Shown here piece after piece: positions 1 through 9,506 of a DNA stretch of 64,000 bases. The stretch lies in assembly GCA_019057375.1 (NCBI GenBank), contig DXJF01000104.1, forward strand, positions 1-64,000. The letters are read 5' to 3'. The position numbers and the translations under genes are program-made. Origin of the DNA: Candidatus Heimdallarchaeota archaeon (GTDB lineage: Archaea; Asgardarchaeota; Heimdallarchaeia; Heimdallarchaeales; Heimdallarchaeaceae). Every line of letters begins with the position of its first letter. The first letter of the stretch is position 1. The notes below the pieces were generated by a model. The model worked only from the letters and a program-made list of their open reading frames with translations, had not been told where the DNA came from and did not search any database.

Positions 1-1
1 C

Positions 2-513
2 TTGAATGGTGTTGCTTCTGGTGTATCCCAGGTTATCAATTGTACAATTGAAGGAGGACTTTCAATAGGAGGAATAAATTCTCACTATATGACAGTTCAC
101 AATTGTACTCTTAGAGCCGGACAAGGATCTTTATTCTCTAAAGGATTGAATTTCACGAAGAATGTTATAGAAATTACTGGACCCGCAAGTAGCTCACTAA
201 TGCACTTTAGATATGAAACAATATTATTGAAGAAAACATATTTTACGGAGATTCTTCGGCTATAAGGATTAACGCTGTTCTGAATTCCTCAATTAGGAAT
301 AACATTCTAAATGGAGCAGGATTCTATATCTACGAAGACCAGGTAACTAATATTCTGAATAACACTTATGAGAACAATATCGTTAATGGGAAGCCTTTTG
401 GATTCTTTTACAATCGTTCAGAGGAATTTATTACTGGAAATCAATATGGACAGATATACATAGTAAACTCAGAAGATGTTGATATTCAAGGATATGAGAT
501 TAACAATGTTAAT
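2..513 (+). pseudogene. 5' part of the beta-helix surface protein gene below, split by a 1-nt frameshift near 216-218 (or a sequencing error); runs off the window start
   Basis: Frame 2 (2..~218) and frame 1 (open 217..1560, NNIIEENIFYGDSSAIRIN...) both encode parallel beta-helix-type repeats; one extra A in GAAAC gives YENNIIEEN. Confidence 0.6.
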
Positions 514-1560
514 ATGGGAGTGCAAGTCCATAATTGTACTAATATCTCCATAAGAAACGTAAATGTAACAGGGAAGAACGGAGTGGAAGTAAGAACTGTT
601 GAAGGTTTGTTGGTAGAAAATTGTAATTGGAATGGAGATGATGATGGATCACAATTAGATGGAGTAAATGATGCAATTATTCGGAATAATTACATAGCTA
701 ATTTCCGTTATGGAATAAAATGTGATTTATCAGATAATATCCAAATTCACAATAATACCATATTTAATGCTACTGAAGAAGGTTTGTCTTGTGAAGATGT
801 CAATGATTTACTTGCAACATTTAACATTATCAGCTGTTTTGTTGAATCAGAAGGCAGTCAAATGGCTGTAAATTTCTATACTTGTGAAAATGTAACTTTA
901 TATTACAATGTCTTTATCAGTTTAGGAGATTTAATGGCCCATCCTGTAGAAGAATGGAGCGTTACAAATATAGAATGGTACAACGAGAGTTTAGAGATTG
1001 GGAATCACTACTCAGATTGGAATGGATTGGGCACCTATTCACTTGAAGGAGACGGTGGTAGTGTGGATCTTTATCCTGTAATAGATTTTGATGAGGATGG
1101 TCTTACAGAATTCCAGGAAGTAATGGTTTTCCTTACAGATCCTTTTAATTTTGACAGTGACTTTGATGGTTTGAATGATGGTGAGGAGGTAAACACTTAC
1201 AACACTAATCCTCTATCAGTTGACAGCGACTCCGATGGTATGGATGATTTATGGGAAGTAACATATGGAACAGACCCCATTATAAACGATGCCAATGAGG
1301 ATCCAGATGAAGATGGACTAACAAATCTTGAGGAATTCAACCGAAATACTCTACCAACAAATAACGATACTGACTCAGACGGTTACTTAGATGGTGAAGA
1401 AGTAGATGCGGGAACAGATCCACTGAATAGTTCTAGTTATCCATTATCTGCTGACAAACCTTACTTGTGGTTAATCGTAGGATTATCAGGAGGTTTTGGC
1501 GCAGCTGTAGCGGTTACTAGTTTTGTTGTCATTAGGAAAAGAAGAATCAAGACGTCTTAA
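514..1560 (+). CDS. Parallel beta-helix (NosD/CASH-like) surface protein with DxDxDG calcium-binding (TSP3-like) repeats and C-terminal TM anchor
   Basis: N-rich beta-helix repeats, DFDEDGL/DSDFDGL/DSDSDGM/DTDSDGY repeats, C-terminal hydrophobic helix + RKRR; frame open upstream to 217. Confidence 0.8.
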   Translation: MGVQVHNCTNISIRNVNVTGKNGVEVRTVEGLLVENCNWNGDDDGSQLDGVNDAIIRNNYIANFRYGIKCDLSDNIQIHNNTIFNATEEGLSCEDVNDLLATFNIISCFVESEGSQMAVNFYTCENVTLYYNVFISLGDLMAHPVEEWSVTNIEWYNESLEIGNHYSDWNGLGTYSLEGDGGSVDLYPVIDFDEDGLTEFQEVMVFLTDPFNFDSDFDGLNDGEEVNTYNTNPLSVDSDSDGMDDLWEVTYGTDPIINDANEDPDEDGLTNLEEFNRNTLPTNNDTDSDGYLDGEEVDAGTDPLNSSSYPLSADKPYLWLIVGLSGGFGAAVAVTSFVVIRKRRIKTS

Positions 1561-1652
1561 GATCAAAGGAAAATAAAAACTTTCCATTCTTTTACTCTTT
1601 TTTTTAAATAGAAACAAAAACAAAAGATAAAAACTAAATAACTATTAGAATC

Positions 1653-2225
1653 ATGATATTTATGTTAGTTAAGAAGTTAATTGGCAACAATTGTTATCTT
1701 TCCCCAATTTGTTTAGAACATGCTGAACAATGGACAGAATGGTTGAATGACTTAGAAGTGACCATTCCTCTTGGTGATGAAGCTTATACTCACATTACTG
1801 TTGAAAATCAAAAAGAACTAATTCGCAAGTGGATAGAAAACGATACTCCAGTATTTAGTATATGCGATATAGAAACAAATGAAATAATTGGACGTTCAAT
1901 GCTTCTAGCAGTTGACCTAGTTAATAGAACTGCAAGATTTGGTATAGCTATTGGAAGGAAAGATTTTTGGAATAAGGGATATGGTCAAGAAGCTACAAAA
2001 TTAACACTAGACTATGGATTCAACCTGCTTAATCTAAATAACATTATGTTGGGAACATTCTCATTTAATGAACGAGCTATTAATTGTTATAAGAAAGCAG
2101 GATTCAAAGAAATTGGTAGAAGGAGAGAAGCTAGAATATTAGGAAATAAAAAGTTTGATGTTGTATTTATGGATATTCTTGCTGAGGAATTTGAATCTGT
2201 TGTTGTTCAGAAGATAGTTCAATAG
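1653..2225 (+). CDS. GNAT acetyltransferase, RimJ/RimL family
   Basis: FGIAIGRKDFWNKGYGQEA and FSFNERAINCYKKAGF motifs. Confidence 0.9.
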   Translation: MIFMLVKKLIGNNCYLSPICLEHAEQWTEWLNDLEVTIPLGDEAYTHITVENQKELIRKWIENDTPVFSICDIETNEIIGRSMLLAVDLVNRTARFGIAIGRKDFWNKGYGQEATKLTLDYGFNLLNLNNIMLGTFSFNERAINCYKKAGFKEIGRRREARILGNKKFDVVFMDILAEEFESVVVQKIVQ

Positions 2226-2257
2226 CTGTTTTTTTAGTTATCGTCGATATTGTCTCC

Positions 2258-2530
2258 CTAATCATTTTTACGGAACATTCTCTTAATTCCAACATTCACT
2301 CGTGAGTTTTCACTTGCTAGCCCAATTACTGCGGCAAGTAAAATTAAACCGATGATAAGAAAGAATAAAACTCCTAAGCTTGCAGCAATCCAAAGAGGAG
2401 ACAATACCCATTCCCATGACCAATCAATTACACTTGTTAATTTTAATATAATGAAAATTATCAAAAGAATTGTGGGTAAACCCAACCCACCACCGGCACT
2501 TTTACGTCTATTTTTGTTTGTCATTTTCAT
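2258..2530 (-). CDS. Small membrane protein, transmembrane Fragile-X-F / TMEM185-like motif
   Basis: LKLTSVIDWSWEWVLSPLWI motif between two TM helices. Confidence 0.65.
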   Translation of the reverse strand: MKMTNKNRRKSAGGGLGLPTILLIIFIILKLTSVIDWSWEWVLSPLWIAASLGVLFFLIIGLILLAAVIGLASENSRVNVGIKRMFRKND

Positions 2531-2685
2531 ATAAATTCTAGCTATTTAGGTTTAAAGAGTTTTCCAGAAAAACCCCTGTTTCAGTCTCTAATACGGATTT
2601 AATTTCCTCTTTGCAAAATATACAAACGATTGCATAAATTGGATTTGTCTTTTCCGATAATACACGTCTGCCAAATTATTAAAGA

Positions 2686-2958
2686 CTAATCTTTCTCCGA
2701 TCTTGTTTCTAAATCTTTAATTTCTCTACCATTAAGAATATCATAGGTGCTTCTACGTGTGCTAGAGGTTTCTTGACCTGTTTTCTTCAGAAAATTGAAT
2801 AAAGCTATAACACCTAGAATAACGAAGAAAAGGATTACTCCAAATAATATATAGAAAATGATCTTTTCAGTAACAATTCCTAGCACCAACAAGGTTACTA
2901 AGATTAAAATTAATCCAGTTATTGCACCATTTATAGAACGACGACTTCGAATTCTCAT
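2686..2958 (-). CDS. Small hypothetical membrane protein (2 TM)
   Basis: 90-aa ORF with two hydrophobic segments and a basic N-terminus. Confidence 0.6.
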   Translation of the reverse strand: MRIRSRRSINGAITGLILILVTLLVLGIVTEKIIFYILFGVILFFVILGVIALFNFLKKTGQETSSTRRSTYDILNGREIKDLETRSEKD

Positions 2959-3137
2959 GGTTAGACTTCTCCGTTATTAAATTAAAACCTTTTTCCTAGA
3001 TTTAACAGAGCTCTAAGCTCCATCTAAGCATATAAACCACAAATCCTACTAACTCGCCCAAACTACGAGGAAGTAATAGTCTATCAGTTTCTGCTAATAT
3101 CTATTGAAGCAAGCTAAGTTTCTGAAACTTATACTCG

Positions 3138-4802
3138 TCATCTCTTTTCCGATATGTGCTTTGCTGCAACATACCCAAAAGTCATTGTAGGCCCTACAGT
3201 TGCACCAGGACCGGGATAACTGTTTCCCATAACAGATGATGAACTATTACCAACAGCATATAATCCCTCAATTATTGATCCATCTTTTCGCAAAACTTGA
3301 GCATGTTCGTTAGTAACAAGACCTCCTTTGGTTCCTAAATCTCCAGGAACAAATTCTACAGCATAAAATGGCGATTGCTCTATAGGATATAGATTTGGAT
3401 TGGGTTTAACTTTTGGATCTCCATAGTAATTGTCATATGCACTATCTCCCCTACCAAAATCTTGATCCTTTCCTTCTCTAGCAAATTCGTTGAAGCGTTC
3501 AACTGTATCACTAAGATTTTGTGCATTAATTTCGATTTTCTTAGCTAACTCTTCCAATGTTTCAGCAATTTTAACATACCCACTCTCATAATATTTATCA
3601 GGAAACTTCATCCCTGGAAAAGCCAATCCAAACATATATTTCGATTTGAAACGATGATCAAAGATAAAATAACACGGAACATGAGGTATTTCGTCTGAAT
3701 GTTTTTCATATATATCATGTACAACTACTACATAACTTGCAGATTCATTAGTAAAACGCTTACCTGCTTTGTTAACCATAATTCCTCCAGGGTAACCTCG
3801 TTCTCCAACATGGAAGAAAGGTGGTTCTTCATGTGGAGCTGATGAGGGTCCCCACCAAGCATCATCCATAAGATCAACAGCAGCACCATGTTTCATTCCT
3901 GATAAAATCGCGTCTCCAGTATTTCCAAAATGTGCTGATGTCCATTCAGTTGTTATAGGCTTTGGATGATATTTTTCTCTCATTTCCAGGTTATGTGGAA
4001 AACCTCCAGCTGCAAATATTACACCATGCTCTGCTTTTATTCTTATTTCAGAACCTTCTTTATTTGCAATTACACCCACTACCTTTTCTTTTTCCAATAT
4101 TAGATCTTCAAAGGGGGTGTTAAGCCAGAGAGGAATGTTATCATCTTGCATAGATTTTCTTAACCTACCAATTAGTGCATTCCCTAAAGTAAGGAGTCTA
4201 TAGCGAATCAATAAACCAAAGATAGCTCGCATCCCTGCTTTAAGAGCTGTCCATTTTCCTGCCCAAGTTGACATTATCATTCCTAAATTATGATACTCAT
4301 TAATAGTAAAACTAATTCCAAGAGGAACATCATATGGTAATACATTAATGTGTTTCAAATCCTTCTTTAGCTTTCTACCATTGAACGGTTTACCTTCTAG
4401 AGCTCGACCTTTAGCTATTCCACCAGGTCTTTCTGGATGATAATCTGAGTAGTTTGGAACAAAAAGAAATTTGACCTTAGTATTTTCTCTCAACCAATCA
4501 ATCATTTTAGGAGCATTAACCAAATAAGCTTCTTTGAATTCTGAAGAAACTCGATCTCCAACAGTATTATCCATATAAGTTCTAGCTTTTTCCATTGAAT
4601 CATTAATACCCTTCTTTTCTAGAAGATAGTTATTTGGTATCCAAACTCCTCCCCCAGAGAGAGCAGTGGAACCACCATAATATTGTGTTTTCTCAATAAT
4701 AATAACATCTAAACCTGCTTTTTTTGCCACAAGGGCAGCAGTCATTCCCCCTCCACCTGATCCTACTATCAGTACATCAGTAGTATAATCCCAATCAGTC
4801 AT
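3138..4802 (-). CDS. kstD: 3-ketosteroid delta-1-dehydrogenase-like FAD-binding protein
   Basis: GSGGGG FAD loop, GGSTALSGGGVWIPNN, YSDYHPE, NESASY, GDLGTKGG, YPGPGATVG motifs. Confidence 0.8.
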   Translation of the reverse strand: MTDWDYTTDVLIVGSGGGGMTAALVAKKAGLDVIIIEKTQYYGGSTALSGGGVWIPNNYLLEKKGINDSMEKARTYMDNTVGDRVSSEFKEAYLVNAPKMIDWLRENTKVKFLFVPNYSDYHPERPGGIAKGRALEGKPFNGRKLKKDLKHINVLPYDVPLGISFTINEYHNLGMIMSTWAGKWTALKAGMRAIFGLLIRYRLLTLGNALIGRLRKSMQDDNIPLWLNTPFEDLILEKEKVVGVIANKEGSEIRIKAEHGVIFAAGGFPHNLEMREKYHPKPITTEWTSAHFGNTGDAILSGMKHGAAVDLMDDAWWGPSSAPHEEPPFFHVGERGYPGGIMVNKAGKRFTNESASYVVVVHDIYEKHSDEIPHVPCYFIFDHRFKSKYMFGLAFPGMKFPDKYYESGYVKIAETLEELAKKIEINAQNLSDTVERFNEFAREGKDQDFGRGDSAYDNYYGDPKVKPNPNLYPIEQSPFYAVEFVPGDLGTKGGLVTNEHAQVLRKDGSIIEGLYAVGNSSSSVMGNSYPGPGATVGPTMTFGYVAAKHISEKR

Positions 4803-4914
4803 AGTTAAACACTTCTGTCAAGATGTTTAAGTCTTTTCCAAAAATCCCAGAAGAAATGATTGAAAAAGTAAAGAAAAAAGGTCCCCTATTTCTAGGGATT
4901 TGGGAAAGTATACT

Positions 4915-5802
4915 TTAGTTTTCTGAATTGGTTACCTTTTGAAATGGCAAATCCTCCTCATCTTTGCGAGACATCTTTTTGTATCCATAAAAAATGAAAA
5001 TTAATGCTAAATATAACACTCCCAGAACACTACCAGAGATATCAAATGTAGTTTGATTAAGTAAACCCAACATATCAAGAACAAGAACACTGCTGAAATT
5101 GAAACTGAAGTGTGCCAAAATTGTTATTATCAGGCTACCTTTGGAGTTATTATAAAGGAAAGTCAAAATTTGTGTTACTACCATTACTAACACAAAATAG
5201 ATACTAATGGAAAATACTGCAGGTCCCACTCCATATTGAAGTGATTCCCATTGATTACTTCCTTCTATAAAATAGAATGGAATATGCCATGCAAACCATA
5301 TTGGTCCTAGTATAAGACCAGAAACCAAAGCATTGTATTTAGATTCTAGTTTTGGTAACATAAGACCTCGCCAACCTCCTTCTTCTGAAATGGGTCCAGC
5401 CAATAATCCGTATCCAATAAGATAGAATACATTGCCAACAGTCAAGCTAACACTTGAACCTGGTGATGCACCAATAAGGAAAACCACCAAACCCACTGCA
5501 AGAGGAGCTAGTAATAAAATTACAGCAGCTAAATACCATACCCAGTGGACTTTCCACCTTATATATCCCCTGAGTATTTTGAGTACACCCTCTTTTCCTT
5601 CTGCGAGAGAAACAACCAAGAATGCAGAAATTGTAGGACTAAATATATACACTAGCCATAGGATTATATTGGCAGCTGACACATTATCTAAACTAAAAAA
5701 CGGAATATGAAGCACATTATGTAGAATAGTTACAATACAAGCAAGAAGATAGGAAACTATGACAAACCATAGAATCTGATATTTTTTTATTAAATTATTC
5801 AT
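4915..5802 (-). CDS. CPBP (CAAX protease/Abi) family intramembrane metalloprotease
   Basis: EEGGWRG, FAWH, AHFSFN motifs; multi-TM. Confidence 0.9.
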   Translation of the reverse strand: MNNLIKKYQILWFVIVSYLLACIVTILHNVLHIPFFSLDNVSAANIILWLVYIFSPTISAFLVVSLAEGKEGVLKILRGYIRWKVHWVWYLAAVILLLAPLAVGLVVFLIGASPGSSVSLTVGNVFYLIGYGLLAGPISEEGGWRGLMLPKLESKYNALVSGLILGPIWFAWHIPFYFIEGSNQWESLQYGVGPAVFSISIYFVLVMVVTQILTFLYNNSKGSLIITILAHFSFNFSSVLVLDMLGLLNQTTFDISGSVLGVLYLALIFIFYGYKKMSRKDEEDLPFQKVTNSEN

Positions 5803-6083
5803 ACAATTGGCACATATTCACAATATTTAAGTCTTTCAGGCCAAAATATTGAAGATTATACTTATAATCTAGAAGAAACAAAACCTATTTTTCCTAATCC
5901 TTGTCTTTTTCATTTTACTGCAAAGCCATTTCCCTTCTAGTAAGGTCGTTCATCCAAGAAGATACCTTATTAGAAGAAACTTACACTTGGGCTCGTTGAA
6001 TCCAACACACCACAGTACTCCATTTTTGAGTATGTTCTTTCATTTTTTGGTAATAAACTTTCCTTTAAAAAGCTGCTTTTCTA

Positions 6084-6386
6084 ATGTCAACCATGTACTA
6101 CAAACTTTACAAAACAAAAACAAAGACTACTGATGTTAGTTATGATGAAAGCTTTTCGGATTTTAACAAAATCTACAAGAAACATGATGTTCAGGTTTTA
6201 GGTGGTGGAACAAATGTTGAAGACCGCCGCGAAATGTATCTCATGACTCTTTACAAGAACAAAACACATTATGAAGAGACTGTCAAAAAACTACGTGATG
6301 ATCCAAAATATATGGAACTCTCCAAAAAGCTTGAAGAAGGTCGAGATAGTATCGAAGTTATCACTCTAGAAAGCGACGAGCATTAA
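6084..6386 (+). CDS. Small dimeric alpha/beta-barrel (NIPSNAP-like) protein
   Basis: 100 aa, beta-alpha-beta-beta-alpha-beta pattern; family assignment is inference. Confidence 0.5.
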   Translation: MSTMYYKLYKTKTKTTDVSYDESFSDFNKIYKKHDVQVLGGGTNVEDRREMYLMTLYKNKTHYEETVKKLRDDPKYMELSKKLEEGRDSIEVITLESDEH

Positions 6387-6498
6387 GAAAGTAACTTAAT
6401 AACAGTAATCTACAGAACAATAAAATTAGAAACAAAGAAAAGAATATTTTCTTTTTTCTTTTTTCTATTCGTTTTTAAGCAAATTGATAACCTTCAAT

Positions 6499-7734
6499 TT
6501 AATCACTTGTGGGCATAGCAATTGGAATCTTCTTTTTATTTTGGTTGAAGCTTGTAGCTTGATTTGATTTGGATTGTTTGCTTCTATCAGTTCTTACTTT
6601 ATCGAAACTTAGCCTTTGTATTGGTTTCCTCATGAAGTCTTCTATTTTGTTAAGCACTTCCATTTGTTCATTAGTAACTAGTGAAATTGCTTTTCCTTCA
6701 TGTTCCATTCTTGAAGTTCGTCCTATTCGATGAACATATATTTCTGGTCCTTCCCTTGGTAAATCGAAGTTGAAAATATGAGTTACATGTGGAATGTCTA
6801 GTCCTCTTGCGGCTACATTTGTGGCAATTAAGCAATCAATTTTCTTATCTCTGAAACTTCTCAAGACATACTCTCTTTGACCTTGTGTTTTATCACCATG
6901 CAAAGTATTGAATCTTAAACGCAATCCTTTTTCTTGAGATAAGCGTTTCTTTAGTTTATCTGCCCATCTCCTTGTATTAACAAAGATAATTGCGGATTTA
7001 GGACGTTCCTTTCTGAGTATAGAAACAAATGTGGAATATTTCTTGTCAGGTTTGACTCTGTAATAATACTGTTGACAGTTTTCTACTGTTAGATCATCCT
7101 TGCTAACATTTATCTCAACCAAACTTTCACCATTACTGAATTGATGAGCAATTTTTCTTATCTGTTTAAGCATTGTAGCTGAAAAAAGCAATAAACGAGG
7201 ATAAACACCTTTCATTGCATCAAAAAGAATGTACTGGATATCGGGAAGGAATCCCATATCGAGCATTCTATCAGCCTCGTCAAGTACTACAAATCTTACT
7301 TCCCTGAATGAAATTGCTTTTCTTCTGTAAAGATCCATAAGTCTTCCTGGAGTAGCAATGACTATCTGAGCTCCATCTTTAATCTCTCTTCTTTGTCGAT
7401 CGATCGAGACTCCTCCATAAATCTCTACTGTTTTTAATCTTCTATATCTATTCAATTTAGTAATTACACTGTAAACTTGTTTACATAATTCTCTTGTAGG
7501 TACTAATACGACTGCTTGAACTGCTTTTAGTTTAGGACTAATCTGGTTAGTAATAGGGATGGAAAAGGCTAGTGTTTTTCCAGTTCCTGTCTTAGCTTGG
7601 CCAAGAATATGTGTTTTACCATTATCTAGAAGTCTAGGAATCGCTTTACTCTGAATTTTGGTTGGAGTATAAATCCCCATTTCGTCTAAAGCACGTTTTA
7701 TATGATTGTTTATATTATAATCTTGAAATTTCAT
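6499..7734 (-). CDS. DEAD-box RNA helicase (paralog 1)
   Basis: Q motif, AKTGTGKT, PTREL, TPGRL, DEAD, SAT, ARGLD, HRIGRTSR; ATG at 7734 preferred over GTG at 7743 by alignment with paralog 2. Confidence 0.95.
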   Translation of the reverse strand: MKFQDYNINNHIKRALDEMGIYTPTKIQSKAIPRLLDNGKTHILGQAKTGTGKTLAFSIPITNQISPKLKAVQAVVLVPTRELCKQVYSVITKLNRYRRLKTVEIYGGVSIDRQRREIKDGAQIVIATPGRLMDLYRRKAISFREVRFVVLDEADRMLDMGFLPDIQYILFDAMKGVYPRLLLFSATMLKQIRKIAHQFSNGESLVEINVSKDDLTVENCQQYYYRVKPDKKYSTFVSILRKERPKSAIIFVNTRRWADKLKKRLSQEKGLRLRFNTLHGDKTQGQREYVLRSFRDKKIDCLIATNVAARGLDIPHVTHIFNFDLPREGPEIYVHRIGRTSRMEHEGKAISLVTNEQMEVLNKIEDFMRKPIQRLSFDKVRTDRSKQSKSNQATSFNQNKKKIPIAMPTSD

Positions 7735-7847
7735 TGATACCACTTTTTATGGTTTAACCTAAAATCAAGTATCAATTCCTTGAGGCATGATTCTAAGCAA
7801 TTATTTGGACGTTGAAAAAAACTTAAGCAAATAATCACTTATTTCTA

Positions 7848-7895
7848 ATCTTCCTCAACTACAAGAGTGCTTATAGACTGTGCTTTAAAAGACTT
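7848..7895 (-). promoter_or_regulatory. Promoter (AAGTCTTTTAAAGC) and putative transcript 5' end (AGTTGAGGAAGAT) of DEAD-box gene 1
   Basis: Both blocks recur identically, 21 nt apart, at 27302-27349 upstream of DEAD-box gene 2. Confidence 0.7.
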
Positions 7896-8067
7896 CGATT
7901 GAACAGATTTAAGAAAAATCCCAATTTAACCTCAGAAAGGTCATTGAATCCTTTTCCGCATGAAGGACAGGTTTCATAACCTTCTGGATCACTTTTAGTG
8001 AATTTTTCTCCACAAGCAAACAATACACTGTATTAAGTAATGCATCTATTTGTGTCAAAGAAAACAT
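7871..8067 (-). pseudogene. Frameshifted double zinc-ribbon microprotein (~65 aa)
   Basis: MFSLTQIDALLNTVYC in one frame, FACGEKFTKSDPEGYETCPSCGKGF in the next; one extra T restores CFAC...CPSC. Confidence 0.55.
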
Positions 8068-8159
8068 AATATTTCACTCAAATAAAGGTTTAGTCGACAA
8101 AATGTGAATTTTCAAGGAAGATATATAAGTTAAATTCCCTAGTTATCTTTGGTGATAAT

Positions 8160-9344
8160 ATGAAAAAGATAAATAAAAGGGGATTAGGTATTGGGCTCTT
8201 TCTGGTACTGTTCAGTTTAGGTTTGATTTCAAATTCACAGATAACATTATCTCGTCAAAACGATTCTAAAGCACAAATCATAATTGAAGATTTAGTTGAG
8301 ATACCAGATATAATAATAACACATGATGACAATTTCACAGATTACGCTACTTCAGGAGTTGGATCTCCTGATGATCCTTATGTAATTGAGAACTATAACA
8401 TAACAAGTGGAGGTCCTTGGGGGATATTAATCAATGGAACAGCTAGCGGTCAAATAACTGTTAATTTCATAATAAGAGATTGTTGGATAACAGCAATTGA
8501 TGTTTGTATACTAATTATAGATGCACAACCAAATTTAGTAACTATAGACAACTGTACCTGTGTAAATACACTTGCTGGAGATGGTATTGGTATTCATCTG
8601 ATTAGATGCAATGGAGCAACAGTGATTAATTGTAATTGTAACTATAATTTCCATACCGGAATTAGAGTTGATACATGTTCAGCTTTGTGGATTGAAAATA
8701 ATACTTGCTATCAAAATGGTGATGAAGGACTTTATGTAGACAATGGTTCAGATAATGGTATGTTTAAGAGAAATAACTTGATAGATAACGGTTGGCATGG
8801 AATAGCTAATCAGGTGAGTGATTCTAATACTTATGTCTATAATGACATTTCAAATAATGATAACATTGGATTTGAAATAGTAAGTTCACTATCTTTAATC
8901 ATAGAAAATAACTCAATATGTGAGAATGGAATGCAAGGCATATACCTAGCTTCTTCTGATTACGCTCTCATACGATTCAATAAAATTGAAGGTAACGGAG
9001 ATTATGGTGTTGATATAGTTAATAATACTGATGAATGTGTTATTCATCATAACAACTTCATTGGAAACAATGTTGGAGGTACATCACAAGCTATTGAAGA
9101 TTTTATTACAGGTCATAGAGACTGTGAATGGTATGATTCAGCAATAAATGAAGGAAACTATTGGAGTGACTATGTAAGTCCTGGAGTTTATGATATTGAT
9201 GGTACTGCTTCAAATTATGATCCCTACCCACTTAGTTCTCCGGTAGATCTTGAACTTATACCAGAATATCCAAGCAGTATCCTTTCAATAATCTTGTTAA
9301 TATCATTTATAGGTACTATTTGTTATGCAATTCGAAAAAGGTAG
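8160..9344 (+). CDS. Secreted parallel beta-helix (NosD-like) surface protein with PEF-CTERM-like tail
   Basis: Signal peptide, DPYVIENYNI and GNYWSDY motifs, C-terminal IPEYP + TM + RKR. Confidence 0.85.
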   Translation: MKKINKRGLGIGLFLVLFSLGLISNSQITLSRQNDSKAQIIIEDLVEIPDIIITHDDNFTDYATSGVGSPDDPYVIENYNITSGGPWGILINGTASGQITVNFIIRDCWITAIDVCILIIDAQPNLVTIDNCTCVNTLAGDGIGIHLIRCNGATVINCNCNYNFHTGIRVDTCSALWIENNTCYQNGDEGLYVDNGSDNGMFKRNNLIDNGWHGIANQVSDSNTYVYNDISNNDNIGFEIVSSLSLIIENNSICENGMQGIYLASSDYALIRFNKIEGNGDYGVDIVNNTDECVIHHNNFIGNNVGGTSQAIEDFITGHRDCEWYDSAINEGNYWSDYVSPGVYDIDGTASNYDPYPLSSPVDLELIPEYPSSILSIILLISFIGTICYAIRKR

Positions 9345-9506
9345 GTGTTTCTTACTTTTTCCTTTTTTTAAAATTGGATTTATTCAATTCCGATTATACT
9401 AATTTCTACTAAAATAAAGTTATCTCGAAAAACTGTAATCTGTTTATCTAAAAAACATAAAAAAAGAGGATTTCTCATTCTTCTTTCTTTTTCTTTATTA
9501 TTTATA

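Noticed and set aside
5830-6050. Possible decayed ORF on the minus strand (MKEHTQKWSTVVCW...)
   Set aside because: Multiple stops and no recognisable motif; cannot be supported
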